Assembly (NCBI GenBank): GCA_016748015.1
Contig: JAAOMT010000512.1
Location: 1,746,893 to 1,810,892, forward strand
Direction of reading: 5' to 3'
DNA: 64,000 bases
Origin: Geosiphon pyriformis uo1
Lineage: Eukaryota; Fungi; Glomeromycota
Shown here: piece after piece, positions 22,862 to 36,700 of the stretch
How positions within the stretch are numbered: the stretch's first letter is position 1
Layout of the letters: the number at the start of each line of letters is the position of its first letter
Position numbers and translations under genes: made by a program
The notes under the pieces: generated by a model
The model's database searches: none
The model's input: the letters and a program-made list of their open reading frames with translations, nothing else
Told to the model about the DNA's origin: nothing

Positions 22862-25800
22862 TTAGATTTGTCTTATTCACAACAAACTGTCAGCATTTCC
22901 ATTGTCTTTTCCCTTTTTATAATGTATAATATAAGTATATATCAAAAAAACCATTTTCTATCTTGACTGTCTTTCATTTCCAAATTTTTGTTTTTGGAGT
23001 AATGTCAATTCTTTGTGATCTGTGTACACCTCAAACTTTTGGCTCAAGTATTTTTTCCATTTCATAACTGCCCAATAGATTGCTAGATGTTTTAATTTTG
23101 GTGTTTCATAGTTTTTTTTGGCTGGAGTCAAACCTTAGCTGGCATATGTAACTGGATGTTCTCTTTCATCCAATTCTTTCTGAGATAGTACTGCTCCCAA
23201 TGCTTGACCTGATGCATTAGTGGTAATAATGAATGGTTTACTATAATCTGAATAGATCAATACTGAAGCTTAAATAAGCTTTCTTCTTAAGATGTTAAAT
23301 GCTTCTTGCTGGGTTTCAGTCTATTCATACTTTGCATTTTTGGTTTAAAGATTATTGAGTGGTTGTGTTATCTTTGAAAAGTTCTTTATAAAGCATCTAT
23401 AATAACTCACAAATTCCAAGAATAATTTTAGCTCAGTTATGTTGGTTGGTATTGGAAAGTTTTTTACTATCTCTATTTTCTCTGGATCTGTTTTTATGCT
23501 GTCTTTGCTAACTATATGTCCCAAGAATTTTAATTCTGTTTTGCCAAAAAAACACTTTGTTGTATTCAATTTTAATCCTGCTTGTCATAGTCTTTCAAAC
23601 ACTTGTTAAAGATGATGTAGATGATTATCAAATGTTTTTGAGAACACATTGGTGTTATCCAAGTATACAACTACTGATTTCCACAATAAGCTGGTATACA
23701 TAATTTCTATTACCTATTGGAATGTAGCTGGAGCATTGGTTAAGCTGAATGGCATAACTTCAAACTCAAAGTTTTCCTTTCTTATAGTAAATGCCGTTTT
23801 TTTTTTGTCAGCTGGATCCATGGCTACTTGCCAGTAACTACTATCCAAGTTTAACGTTGAGAACCATTTGTTTCCATCAAAAGCATCGAATAGTTCTTGT
23901 ATTCATGGAGTTGGATAGCTGTCTCCATGAATTACATCATTGAGTTTTTTGTAGTTTACACAAAATCAGATTTTTCTATTCTTCTTATGGACAAGTACTA
24001 CTGGTAACAACCATGGACTCATTGATGACTAAATTAATCCATTGTCAAGCATTTGGTTGATTTCTTGATGGATAATTTCATGACTGGCTGGTGGTACCCT
24101 ATATGCTCACTGTTTGATTGACATTACATCTCCAGTCTTAATCTGATGCTGGATAATATCAGTTCTGCCAAATTTATTTTCACTGGCAAAGATGTTATTG
24201 AAATTATTAAGTAACATCTTTAGTTGCATTTGTTGAAGTGGGTCTAGATTTCTCATATTCATCTGTTCCAATTGTTTTGGCTGTAACAAATAATGTTTAT
24301 TTCATCTATAGATGGTTTGTGATGTAATGTCCACATATTTACAAAGCTGTGGAAAATCTGGAATGCTGCTTGGTGCTTGATCTTCAATTTCTGTGGTTAA
24401 ATATCTGAGAGTGGTTCCTTCCAGTATCTCTACAACATTTCCAGTGTTGTTGTAGATGGAAATTTTAATATGGTTATGGCTCTTGGCTGATATGTGTAGA
24501 TTGATAAGTCCAATTTCTCCTAATTTACAAAGAGTTGCTTCTGCTTCAAAAATCTGTTCTTGCTCCTTTTCTCTCCTTTTTATTGCTAACATGTATCAGC
24601 TATATGGTGGAATGGAAATTGTTTGACCAGTTAAGATAATTTCTCCTTGGCCAATAATTTCTTCCTCCACCATATTGATTGGTACATCTATTCTACCCAT
24701 TGATCCAAATCCCTGTATCCCTCTTGCTGTTATCCCTAATTCTTTCCTATTTCCCACTAAAACTAACTGAGTTATTTTTACCAGAGGCAGGAATATTGCC
24801 TGTGCTATTTTTTTATTTGGCTCTATAACATAGGTCTTTTCTGAATCATTTTGTAGCATAGCAATGATATTTCCTACATATCCTGCATTAATTATTCTTC
24901 CTCTAATGTTTATTCTTTTTTTCACTAAACTACTCCTAAATGCTAATTGAACCATTGTTGTTGCTAGAATTTCCAGTGCTATTTTCAGATTGATGCAAGT
25001 GCACAAATGGGATTCCAATTTGATGGCGTCTTTTCTTGAATATCTTAGATCAAATCCTGTATTAGTATCATGCACATATTCTGACATGATACTTTTATCA
25101 TTGTTACTAAACCATTTCAGTTCTTGCTCCTTGGTGAGGTCAGGAAGTGCAATATATTGTTCATAGTTTGAATCGGAGTTTGAATCTGAGTTGGAATCAT
25201 TGTTATTGTTATAGCCATTTTGAATGGAGCTGGAACCGTTATTTTCGTTATTATCATTGTTGGAGTTTGAATTGGGATTAGAACTTGATTCCGATTCTGA
25301 TGTACAGCTGTTGATTGGTTCTTCTTTTTTGGAAATTGTGTAGATCATGTGTGGTGGTAGATTGTAGATGAGGTCACAATCATCACAGAATTGGAAGTTA
25401 CATAGAATCAAACAGTAGTCACATAATCAGGTGTTGATTTCTTCTAAGCATTGCTCTTGCTTTTCTCTTGTGGGTGCTAGATTCTGATAGTGTTCATGGA
25501 ATTCTTCTGAACTGTTTTCTAAGTCGATAAAGGCATCCAGATTGAGAACCAAAACAATGTCTGTTGGTTCTGGAGGGTTATTTTTGATTTCCAGAATTTC
25601 ACTGGGCGAAGTGCTTTCTATTTTGGCGTTGGCCATTCACCAGATCTCGTCCTCGTCATGTGGATAACTGTCTAGGCGGAATATAGCTTGGTGTCATGCT
25701 GCTGTAATGAACATACCACGACTCACCCAGTCACTGATGAGGATCATGTATTGGCACAAAGCATTACATGTTTTTCCTTGACCAGGAATGTCATTGCACA

Positions 25801-28800
25801 TTCCTTCGTTGAGTAATTGTTTGCCACAAGCAAGACATGATTCATTGTCCCACTTGCCTTGTCTTTTTGGGTAGCCATATTGTTCCCTATGGTAGGGCTT
25901 GCAATAATAATGGGTTTGCATCCAATAGTCTTCATCTGGTGCTACCCAAGCTCCCATTGAGGACAGTTTCTTCCCATAGTCTTTGCATTTGAGAGATATA
26001 TATGGCAGCTCTTTTATTGATTCATGTGAATATTTCTTTTCCCAGCCACTAGTTATTTCTTTTGTAGTGGTGATTTCTTCAGGTATGTTTTCTTTTCTTT
26101 CTTTCCCTTTTTCCTTGTTCTTTTCTTCTCAATCTAGAATTGGTGGCATCTCACTTTGGTTGTTGTCAGTCCAAGCATTGATGGTGGCTTCCCAGGTAAG
26201 TTCTTCTCTTTGTTTCTCCTTTCCATTGTCATTGTTGTCCCAGGCAAGTATTGGTGGCAGTTTGTTGTGGTCAATGTCAGCTCATGAGACTTGGTATACT
26301 TTCTAGGTGGGTTTTGTTTTTTTTTTCTCAAATTCAATAAGTGGTGTTGATGGTGTAATGATGGGCTTAAAGTGATCACATGTGGCTAGTACCCATGTGT
26401 GTTGACCATTCTGGCTAAGCTGGAGCTCTTAGGTGTTCTAATCTAGGGTTGTGTTGGTTTTGGACAGTCAGTTGTTTCCAATAAGTGCTTGGTATTGAGT
26501 GGCTTCTATAACAAGTACTTTGATTGGTACTATAATGCCATTGACTTCTATGGGGAAATTATCAATCTCTCCAATGGGTGTTTTGGTCACTTCATTAGCT
26601 GTAATAATCCTGACACTGACAGCACAATCAACTCGGCAATCTAATTGATCCATGAGTTGTCTTGTGATGATGCTGCCAGCTGATCTACTATCTAAGATTA
26701 GTTTGATGGAGTGACCATCAACTTTTGCATCAGTGTACATTGCGGTGATAGGTTTCTCCTCGAGTACTGCTCCACTGAACAAAGGTGGATTGATGGTTTC
26801 TTCCAATTCAAAAAGAAAGATGACTGCAAGAGATTTGTTTTCAGTGACTATTGCTGGTAAAATATTGTTGGTGAGTGTTGTTTGGGGTGGGTTGAATTCT
26901 GAGTTGTTGGTGGTGGCATCTTCTGGAATAACCAGGAGACTTAAATAGTTCTGGGAATTCGGGTTTTGGGTGGAACCAGTACCCAGATTCCACTGTCGAA
27001 AGTCTGATGATTGGTGAGAGAAGCTGAAAATCGGTTAATGAACAACTATCACCGATCTCCAGTTTTGAGTGATTCTAGGTCTTGGGTTTCCTGATGTCAT
27101 TTGAGTGGGGTTTTGGAGTGATGTTTAAATTGGTTGTTGGGGCTGATAAATTATTTAGGGCTGTGGCTGATAAATTACCAGTGGCTGTAATTGATAAATT
27201 GCAGGTTGATATACTGCCAGTTGATAGATTGGTTGCTGTGTCATTGACAGGTAAGTGGTTTGATATTAGTCTTGATTTGGGTAGTGATTCTGAGTCTGAA
27301 ATCTGTGATTGGGTTTCAATATTGATTTTCCAATTGTGGATTGTTGCTATAAAATTGACAGTTGGCTCTAATGTGACCTTATTTACCACAGTTGTGGCAA
27401 ACATGCATTTCTGGCTGTCACGGCTGATTGGGTAATAATGTTGATGGACACGGCTGATTTTGGAAATGATTTGTGTTTTCTGAATTATTGCATTATTGTG
27501 GTAGTTGATAGATTGTACGATTGTCAGCTAAGTATCCCTCTAATTTCTGATTGATTGTATCACTGAATTGTTTTAGTTTGGAATCCAAGTCAGATGATCT
27601 GTTTATCACTAAATTTACAGCTTGGGCATGGTTGGCTTCTAGCTCGGCTGCTTCAAAATCTCTGATGTGGGTGACAGTGGTTGGGAGGTCAACTGGATGC
27701 ATTGGACATACTCACTAAAGGATGTTACTGTGCAATCCTCTGATGAACTGGTTCAAAATCTGTGGTGCTGTAAAGTAATCAGCTTGGATTGCCTGAATTT
27801 GGTGCAGATTTCTATGGAAGCATCCCAAGTAAGTGGTGACTGCTTCTGTGTTCCCTTGTTTGATAGTAGTGAATGTGTTGGTCAAGCAATTGATACTATT
27901 GTTATTACTAAAGTATCTTAAGAATTCTGTTTTAAACTCATTGAAGATTTGTGGTTTGGTGGCTAGGCTCTAATACCACAAGTCAGTGGTATCTTTGAGA
28001 AAATAGGGGATTGCTTGAAGAGCTCTACCATCATTTCATTCATTGGCTACTATGGCTTTTTCAACGTCATTGAGCCATATTTGGGTGTTGTCCTCTTCAC
28101 CGGTAAAATTGTCAAGTTTTGCAATTGGTATGTAGGCTATTGGATCTAAGTTGGGTTGTTGTGGTGGTAGTTGAAATAGTTGTTGTTGCACTGGTTGTTG
28201 GGGTGGTAGTTGAAGTGGTGGTTGTATGAGTTTGGCTATTGGATTAATCGGTGGTTGATTGATAATAATTACTAGAGGTAAGTTTTGTTGATTTATTAAA
28301 TCAGGGTTTCAGTTATCCTGAATTGGCAGTGTCTAAATATTCAGAGTTTCAATTTCCAGATTTTCTGGGTTTAGATTTTGCTGGGTTTGAAAATTTGGGG
28401 TTTTAAATTCTGGATTTTCAATGATCGGGTTTTGGTAAGTGAATTCTTGATTTTTAGCTTCTTCTTCTTCCTCTTCTTCTGATTCCGTTACTTCCCATAG
28501 ATCAGAAATTCCAAAATCTGGGAGAGGTGGTGGTGATCGGAATCTTGATGGCATTGATGATTGCGAGTTAAATTCTTTAAAATATGCACTATATAGTCCT
28601 AATAACTCTGTTTTTTTTTGTTTACTTTGAAATGGGAATCGTCCAAATGTTGATGTTATGTTTGATGTGGTCATGCCAGTATATATAATATTAATAGTGC
28701 TTCTGAGTTTATAGTAGTATGATGGATTAGTTGGGAACTCAACTCTTGTTTTTTTCCAAGTAGGTGGCTGTATTCTTTTGGGTATTACTGCTAGTGTTTG

Positions 28801-29133
28801 TAGTTTTCCTTTGCCTTTGCTCATGTAAGTAATGGAGTATTTTTGCTGTGTGTGGTGATCAATTTTTTTGTTGATTTTCATGATGATAGAGGCAAAATTG
28901 TGATTTGTTGACAGGTTGGTATTTTGAATTAATTTGCTGTAAAAGGCTTCTCTTGTCGATTCGATATTTACTGGTGTTCCTAACAAATAGGCAATTTTTT
29001 CATTGACGTAGAAATTGAAAGCTGATTCCACTAATATGTGGTTGTGATTTAATCTCAAATGTTGACAGTAGTGTTGAAATAAAGATTTCGCAAATTCTAG
29101 ATGGTTTGCTCCTATGTTTTCTGATTCTGTCAC
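22862..29133 (-). pseudogene. Gag-protease-Cys-rich domain-dUTPase-RT-RNaseH polyprotein of Gypsy 2
   Basis: Same motifs as element 1 (LILDSRSAGS, TGFDLRY, IINAGYVG, QGFGSMG, YLDN). Confidence 0.93.
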
Positions 29134-29173
29134 TTTTAAATTTGTGTTGGTGCTGGTTCTTTGTAAGATTATA

Positions 29174-29190
29174 CCTCACAGGGAGCACCA
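29174..29190 (-). promoter_or_regulatory. Primer-binding site of Gypsy 2
   Basis: Minus strand TGGTGCTCCCTGTGAGG, complementary to a tRNA 3' end ...CCUCACAGGGAGCACCA; tRNA identity unresolved. Confidence 0.85.
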
Positions 29191-29192
29191 AA

Positions 29193-29979
29193 TGTTACAG
29201 GTGACTACTTCTGGTGTTAGATTAAATAACAAACCCATAACTTGGTACTCAAATCTAATTGCAGTTAATAATGATCTGAAGGTTTGTGTCTGAAAAGTTT
29301 GTATTCAAAGAGTTTGGTTGAGTTCTTTGTATAATGGACAGAGATTCAATGATAATAGTTTTATCTATAGCTTCCCAAAACCACAGTTTCATTAATTTTT
29401 TTCTCAGCTTGATGGCTGGTATTCCTCCTGGTAAACTATCCTCAATCGAGTGTTCTACTCTTATTTCTGGGTCTTTTACCAGTTATGTTTATTCTGACAT
29501 CAGTACTCCACATGTTAATCCTCAATAGAGTTAGTAAACAACAATAAAATCAAAGCAAGAAATAAAGAAAAATAAAGAAAAAAAAAAAAATAAAGAAAAA
29601 AAAAAAATAAGCCAAGGCGATTTGCAAGTTAGTATTCTATTAATAGCCATAATTAAGAGCTATTGTTCCAGTGTGGTTAAGTATCAATTATTATCAACAC
29701 TTCATGTTAATAGTGGCAGTAGGTTTGAGATAACAAACAGTTATTTATTTGTGGTTTGGAAAGTTATCTAGATGAAATCTAAATTGAGAGGTCTGTCTTT
29801 TTAGCTTCTAATCCTATTGCTATATATACATAATTGAAATTCCTCAATTCCTCAATTTTTCACACAGGAATTCTGCAATTCTTTTGAGAGAAATCCTGGA
29901 ATTCCACATTTTACTACATCTACTTCTGATTGGTTAATAACTATGCTAATATATATTCTCTATATTTCTATAAGTAACA
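29193..29979 (-). repeat. 5' LTR of Gypsy 2 (787 bp)
   Basis: Direct repeat of 19851-20721 with a shorter U3 repeat array. Confidence 0.95.
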
Positions 29980-29983
29980 GTGT

Positions 29984-30246
29984 CATATCAGTATTAACCC
30001 ATCAGACTCTTCTCCACTTTCTTGCTTAAAGCTAGTTTCTTCAACCAGACATTCTTCTTCCATGTCAATGCTATTAGACTCAGTGGTATCACCAGTTTCT
30101 GAACCTCATGAACAACTATTCTAAATCTTAGAACCAACAATCTTATTACCAGAACTATTTTCTAATGCACCACCTCTCCTCTTCTTTCTTAGAAGAACAG
30201 GCTTAAAGCCATCATTAGAACTAGAAACTTTAGCAGTCTTTTTCAT
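29984..30246 (-). pseudogene. LINE ORF1, N-terminal part
   Basis: MKKTAKVSSSNDGFKPVLLRKKRRGG...; joins 19850 across the Gypsy 2 insertion; start codon uncertain. Confidence 0.6.
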
Positions 30247-31671
30247 AACAGCAATACTACAGTCAACAGTGGCCTTGTAGTCAAAAATAAAGAGTTTGGA
30301 TTTATTGTATTGAATTGTGAAAATAACTTCTTTTTCAAAAAACTTTGACTCTTTTTTGGGAATTTTGGATGAAGGAGAGAAAGAAGTTTTTTTTTTTAAT
30401 TTCAAATTAAACTTAATAAAAACTATTAAAAAATAATACAATCTTTATTTTAATATTTGCAAATTAATTATTTTATGCTTAAATAATCTTTTTAACATAT
30501 TTTAGCATAAAAAAAAACAAACCAGAAAAACCAACCTACTTTAATTATGTTTGTGCAAATAATTTCAACTTATATAGCAGAAAATAATAAATAATTTTAT
30601 TAAAAAAATTCTTAAAAAAATCAGTTTTAATCTTTAAACTCTTTTTAATTATTATGTTTTATTTAATATATATATATTTAAAAACAAAGCTTATTTATAT
30701 ATAATAATTGACAATAAAATACAAAATTGCAAAAACCAAATAACTAAACTGTTTATCTAAAATGGCTTTCTTTAATACCAAATTTAAAAAAACTTAATAA
30801 TACTAAAAGCTTTCTTTAAACTAGATTTATTCAATAAAAATATAAATATCAGATTATTATTATAATTAAATTTATGCATATTTTTTTAAATTTAAAATTT
30901 TAAGCAAAAAAATACAATAACCTAAATACAAAATACATTAAAAAAATAAAACCTATTTTTAATATTTTAATTAATTAATTTAATCAAATAAAAATGGCTA
31001 ATCTGAAAATCTACACCAAAACCAGTTTAAAAAAGTAACTGATTCTGTGAAATAACCAAGCAGAAACCACCAATCTTATAAGCCCACCTTAATGCAGGTG
31101 TCGAATTGAAGCTCTGGGTTCTGACAGCCCCAAGTCATGTAGCAGCAACACCTAGTTTCATATGTGCTACTATGAATTAGTGCTATTGAGACCCATACTA
31201 GCCTTTCCATAACCAACTTCGCTGTCCTTGGTATGATGCAACCCGAAATGTTGTCTTGATACACTTACCTATTCTCAAAATTTTATTCTTGCAGAAAAGC
31301 AAAATGTACGAGAAACGAAAAACTATTCAGACTAATCATATTATCGTAAGCTAATGAATGCTCAATCTTTCTGTGGGTTTATGAAGATTATAATTATTAC
31401 TGATTTAAATTGCAAGCTCTCAAGTTCTAAGAAAAGCTCAATGAGAAATTGTTCTGAGCCATTAGATTTTGAATCCGAAATTACCTTGCCAATTTATTTC
31501 TTATTCATTCGCTTCAATTTCAATAAGTTAATAAAACCAACATCAATAATAAAAAATCGTTCTTTGCCACTGGCGTTGTTATCCCACTGTTCGTATGATT
31601 GAATTCCATAATCTTAGGAACCAAAAAATCATATACTGAGACGTGTTATCACCGCTAGTCACAGGTTTACC

Positions 31672-33096
31672 CTAAAATATAACATCCTCGTCATCTGCAT
31701 CTCTTAAAATATCTGCTGCAGGTGCTACTCCAGCTTTTGGAGAATCTAGGAAAATATATATGCAAAAGCGTTAGATAAATCTTCAAGCCTCAGAAAATCA
31801 TTCATTCCGACCTTCACCATCATCTCCCAAGAGCGCTGCCAGTTGATCTTTCTCCTTATCTGCGGCTGCAAGATCTTTCTTCTTTTTGCCCTGCACCTTT
31901 TTTAATCTAAAAATTTAAACAACAATTCTAATAAGGTCGATAAGAAAGTAGTTCCTCAAAAAACATTGATCATACCGAAAGAACTCCTCACGATCTTGTT
32001 CGTCCAATTCAGAGGTAATATATTTGAGTGTATTTTCAATTCTTGGAATGATAACATGTTCAATTGCGTTTACACGACGATTCGTTACTTTAATTACTTC
32101 ATCCAAAATCACGAAGGCCGTCTTAAATATTTAATTTTAGAAAATGTAAGCAACTCCCACTATGAATTCTAAAACCTTAATAAATTACCTGCAACGAAGC
32201 CAATTCTACCAACGTTTCTACAGCTTTTATATAGGTCTCCTTGCATTTCTGAATTTGTTGACCGCCACGTCCAAGACCCGTTAGTTCAAATGCTGATTAA
32301 AGAAATAACGGAGAAGACAAATTATTAAATCTGTAAAAGCGAATATTTAATCGAGTAGCTCATCCTTACCATTTCCTCCCTCCAAATAACTTTCAAAAGC
32401 TGGCAACATAACACCAGAAACGTTTTCTTGCTTCGTACGTACACGCAGTTGCGCGTTCTTTGCATTTTCTTGTACCTGATAACTAATCCCCAAATTTTAT
32501 AGAATTTATTCAAAACTTTTGCTCAAATAATGACGATGAGCGAAATATAGGTTCACCTAATATCTCCCGCAATATAAGTTACCTCAGCTAGAGAAAAAGA
32601 GGCTGTCTGCATTACCTTACCCATTTTTCGCTTTGCCTATCATGATAGAAGCAAAGATCAAATTGAAAAATGAAGTTAGATGTCAAAATTTCTTTATCGA
32701 TTGAGAGACTATTTAACTTTAAGATGGGCTGCTTTTAATTTCAACAAAATAATAAAACATCCAAATTTAATTAATTCCTCATCAAAAAAGCTGATTAACC
32801 AAATTTATGTAAAATAAGAAAAATCACCCCTGATTCCTGAAATTACTTACCTCGTCAATCTTCTGCACAATGAGTCTGAACCTCTTAGTTAGAGCTTCAC
32901 TCTTGCGTTTCAGCAAGCTATGGCCAGTTTGAGCGCCTTTCAACTTTGTTTTCATGGTAGTTAGTGCCCTAAGATAGCGCTCAGAATGAGTTTTCCATTT
33001 CTCAATAGACTTTTTTAAGTAGATCCCAGCTCAGAAACTTTTAACTACTAACATGCGAGTTGGGAAAATACTCAATCTTGGACCAGTACCCGACAT
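31672..33096 (-). CDS. VMA8: V-type proton ATPase subunit D (8 exons)
   Basis: Spliced reading [15 protein letters not shown]|[97 protein letters not shown]; GT-AG introns. Confidence 0.96.
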
Positions 33097-33799
33097 TTTA
33101 AAGTAGTGAAGTTCCGAATCAAAAATTTCAAGATCTATCGATTTTATTACGTGAAATAAAATCTATTCATTAATTCTAAAAATAACCATTAAGTTTTTAT
33201 TGACCTGATTGTTCAAAAGCATTAAAAGCTATTAATAGCTAAGAAGTTATAATTTACGTTGCATGACTTTTTTTATTTAGTACTTGACAAACTATTTTTT
33301 GACTAAATCTGTTTAAAATTTACTATATTTGATTTTATTTAAATTTCAATAAAGTTAATTATAATAATTATGTATGGGGCATACTACATAGTGCCACAGA
33401 CTATTTTCAGGAAGGGCTCAAAAAACGGACACCACAACATACATCGTAATATCCACATTTTACTTAATTATTCAATACCTCCAAAAATAATAAGCAAAAT
33501 AAGAAATTAAGATTATTTTGATATTTCAAATTAGGCTTTTATTTAAGTTAGTTACTGCTACAGCACAAGATTTCAGTAATATAATTACATTTACATAAAA
33601 TAAAATAATCTTACTAAAATTAACATACATAAAGTTTTATTGATTATATTTGGTACTATATTCTTTAGTTGAAAAGATAAACATTATGTTGTAAAGGAGT
33701 ATGACACGAATTATTGTTACATGATCTTTTGGACAGCCTGAAATAGATCTTTATCATTTTAATCATCTCAATAACCTTATTAACAATTATCTTTTAAAA

Positions 33800-36700
33800 A
33801 TTAATATTTAAGTATTAATAAATATATCTTTTATGCAAGTATAATTACCGAAAAAGCTTTTTTTTACCAAACTTACTAATAATTGATAAAATAGTTAACA
33901 TTTTAAAATAAGATATTTAAGAAATATACTTTGTTGAAAATTTTAATATAAAAAAAAACCATAAAAAACTCCAAAAAAATAAATTAATTAAAAAAGTTAA
34001 TAATATATAATATATAATATTTTTGATCTTTTGATCTTTTTCCATGTAAAGTTTTTGTTTTATTGTTATTATTAAATAATTGTTTGTTTTTTTGTAATAA
34101 ATTTTATAAACATTATTATTAAAGATTTTAGTTTTTTTTTTGAAATATTGTTAATGCCAAATTGTTATCAAATCTGTTGTTAATAAAAGTTGATAAATTT
34201 TTATTTGACTAATTAATTATTGAAATTAGTAGTTAATTAATTTTAAACAAAAACAATTATATAAAAAGTTTGATTTTTAAAGTAAATTTTTTTTAATTAA
34301 TTGCTTAATTATAATTAATAGATTATTTTAAATTAAGATATATTTTTTCAAAAAAAAAACTTATTAAAAATTGAATTGTTTATCAAAAAATAAAAAATAC
34401 CAAAATAAATCTGTTATTATGTAAAAAAAAGTTAAACACTAAGTATTAAAAACTATTAAATTATTAAATCTCTGTTTTTTATACAAAAAACTCAAATTAA
34501 ATAATCTTCAAATTTTTAAAAATTACAAAATAATATTAAATTAGAAAACATAATTTAACAATTTTATTTGTAATAATATATAATATATTATTTTAATTTA
34601 GTTAAAATCAATTAGTTATTACCAATTAATAAAATAAATTATTATTAAAAAATCAAAATTTTTTTATAATTATTTTTTTAAAAATTAAAACATTTTTAAT
34701 TAATATTTTAAAATTAATTATTTTACAAATTTGTTTTTTTTTGTTTTTTTATATTATTAAAAAGTTTTTAATTAAAATTTTTTGTAAAAAAATTGATTTT
34801 TATTACAAAATAACTATATATTATTAAAAAATCTACAGTTAAATATTTTTGTAAAAAAAATAACTTTTATTATAAAATAATTATACAAACTTATTAACAC
34901 AAAATTGGTTATTTTATTATAATAATATATACAGTCTAAAATATAAAAAATTACTTTAAAATAAATAACTTATTAAAAAATTAATAGTTTTTATTAATAA
35001 TAAAAATAGAAATAAAATTGGTATTAATAATACTGTTTTTATTTTATTATTATAATTTGTATTATATTTTTTTAAATACTTTTTTTGATAAAATTAAAAA
35101 TATTTTAAATATTTTGATAAAATTATGAGTATTAAGCTTAAATTTGTTGATTTATAATAATATATTAATATATAATTTAAGATTTTTAAAGCTATTAAAA
35201 CTATTTTTGTTTATTTTTTAAAAAACAATATTAAAATTATTTTTTTTGCCAATTAAAAACAAGTTTTTGCTTTTTATAATATGTTTATAACCAATATTAC
35301 TTATAAAAAAAGTTCAAAAAAATAGAAAAAACAGATTAAAAGAATAGACCAATAGAAAAATAGTATTCAATATGTAAACATATTTTTAAGAATATATATA
35401 TTCACAAAAAATAAATATATTCTCAAAAAATTATAATATATTGCTTAGAAATAAACACAGTTTTAGAAAATAATATAAAAAAAAGTAAGAATATATAAAA
35501 TTTTGTATAATAGAATTTATGTATATATAACAATAATATTAAAAATAAAAAAAAAGACAAAAAACAATTTAAAATCTAATTTAAAACAATTTTAATTCAC
35601 ATTAAGACAAGTTTTTAATTAGTTAACAATAAATATTTATAATTTATTTCTTTTTTCAAAAGATAGTTTTTATACTTTAAAGTAGAATTATCTAAATATT
35701 AAATAAAATTATTGTTTTATTATCTAATTTATGTTATTCTTTTTATTAAATTAATATTCTTATTTTTCGACTTTATTAACAACTCATATTGATAGTATTT
35801 GCTACTTAATTATACTAAACTAATAGCTTTTAATTATGATTATTGATAAAATAATAATTTTTTATTTTTTTTATTATTTTTTATTATTTATTTATTTTTG
35901 TTTTGTGTTATATACTAATTAATTAAAAAATTAAGCATTAAGATATTAATGTCAAAAATAGTCTGGTAAAAAACCTATGAAACAAGAGTAAAAACTTAAG
36001 GATAGCTTACCAAAAAAACATGACTGTTAAATTAAACCAATTTTTATATTGAAGAAAAAAATTCAGAAAAACAACTACTAATTAAATCTTTGTTTATTAT
36101 ACAAAAAACTCAACCAAACTCTTCAAATTTAAAATCTTTAAAAATCATCTACAGTATCATTAATTATTGAATATCAAGTTATAAGTTTGTTATTTATTCT
36201 AACAACTCAAATAATCATCTGTAATATCAAGTTAATTAACTTATTTTTTGGCTATATAATTTTTAAATTAATAATTTGGTTTTTTAAATTAATAATTTTT
36301 TATTATTATTTTTAAGTTATAAAAATTTTTTAATGAAACAATTATTAAAATTAATATTTTATATAAAAATTATTTTTAACAAAAAAATATTAAATATTAA
36401 ATATTAAAGTTTAAATTACTTAATTTTTGATTATAAAGATGTTTTTTATGGTTTTTTAAAGCAGTTTTTTAGGTTTTTTGCCATATTTAAAATTTTATTG
36501 ATTAGTTTATTGGCTTAAATTTATATGTTAAAGTGGTTATTTTTGTTAAAATCTAATTTAATTCCTTTTAGTAATTTTATAAATGTAAAATATAAATATA
36601 AATTAATTTTTTTGTTAAGTTTAATTGAATTTATAATAACAAAAATTGGGTTTTTAATAAATTTAGTTAATTTTTTTTAATTGTTAAAGTTAATTTTACT

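Larger units (their letters stand above)
19851..29979 (-). mobile_element. Ty3/Gypsy LTR retrotransposon 2 (full length, decayed), same architecture as element 1
   Basis: LTRs 19851-20721 and 29193-29979; flanks GCAT/GTGT (decayed GCGT TSD); PBS; PPT; all domains present. Confidence 0.95.
13518..30400 (-). mobile_element. LINE (ORF1 + APE-RT-RNaseH ORF2), near full length, interrupted by Gypsy 2
   Basis: Poly(A) tail (T run from 13518), ORF2 and ORF1 remnants; ORF1 reading resumes after 29979. The 5' boundary is approximate. Confidence 0.88.

Noticed and set aside
31325-31405. Box C/D snoRNA with an 18S-complementary stretch
   Set aside because: Complementarity only about 8-9 nt and no convincing C box
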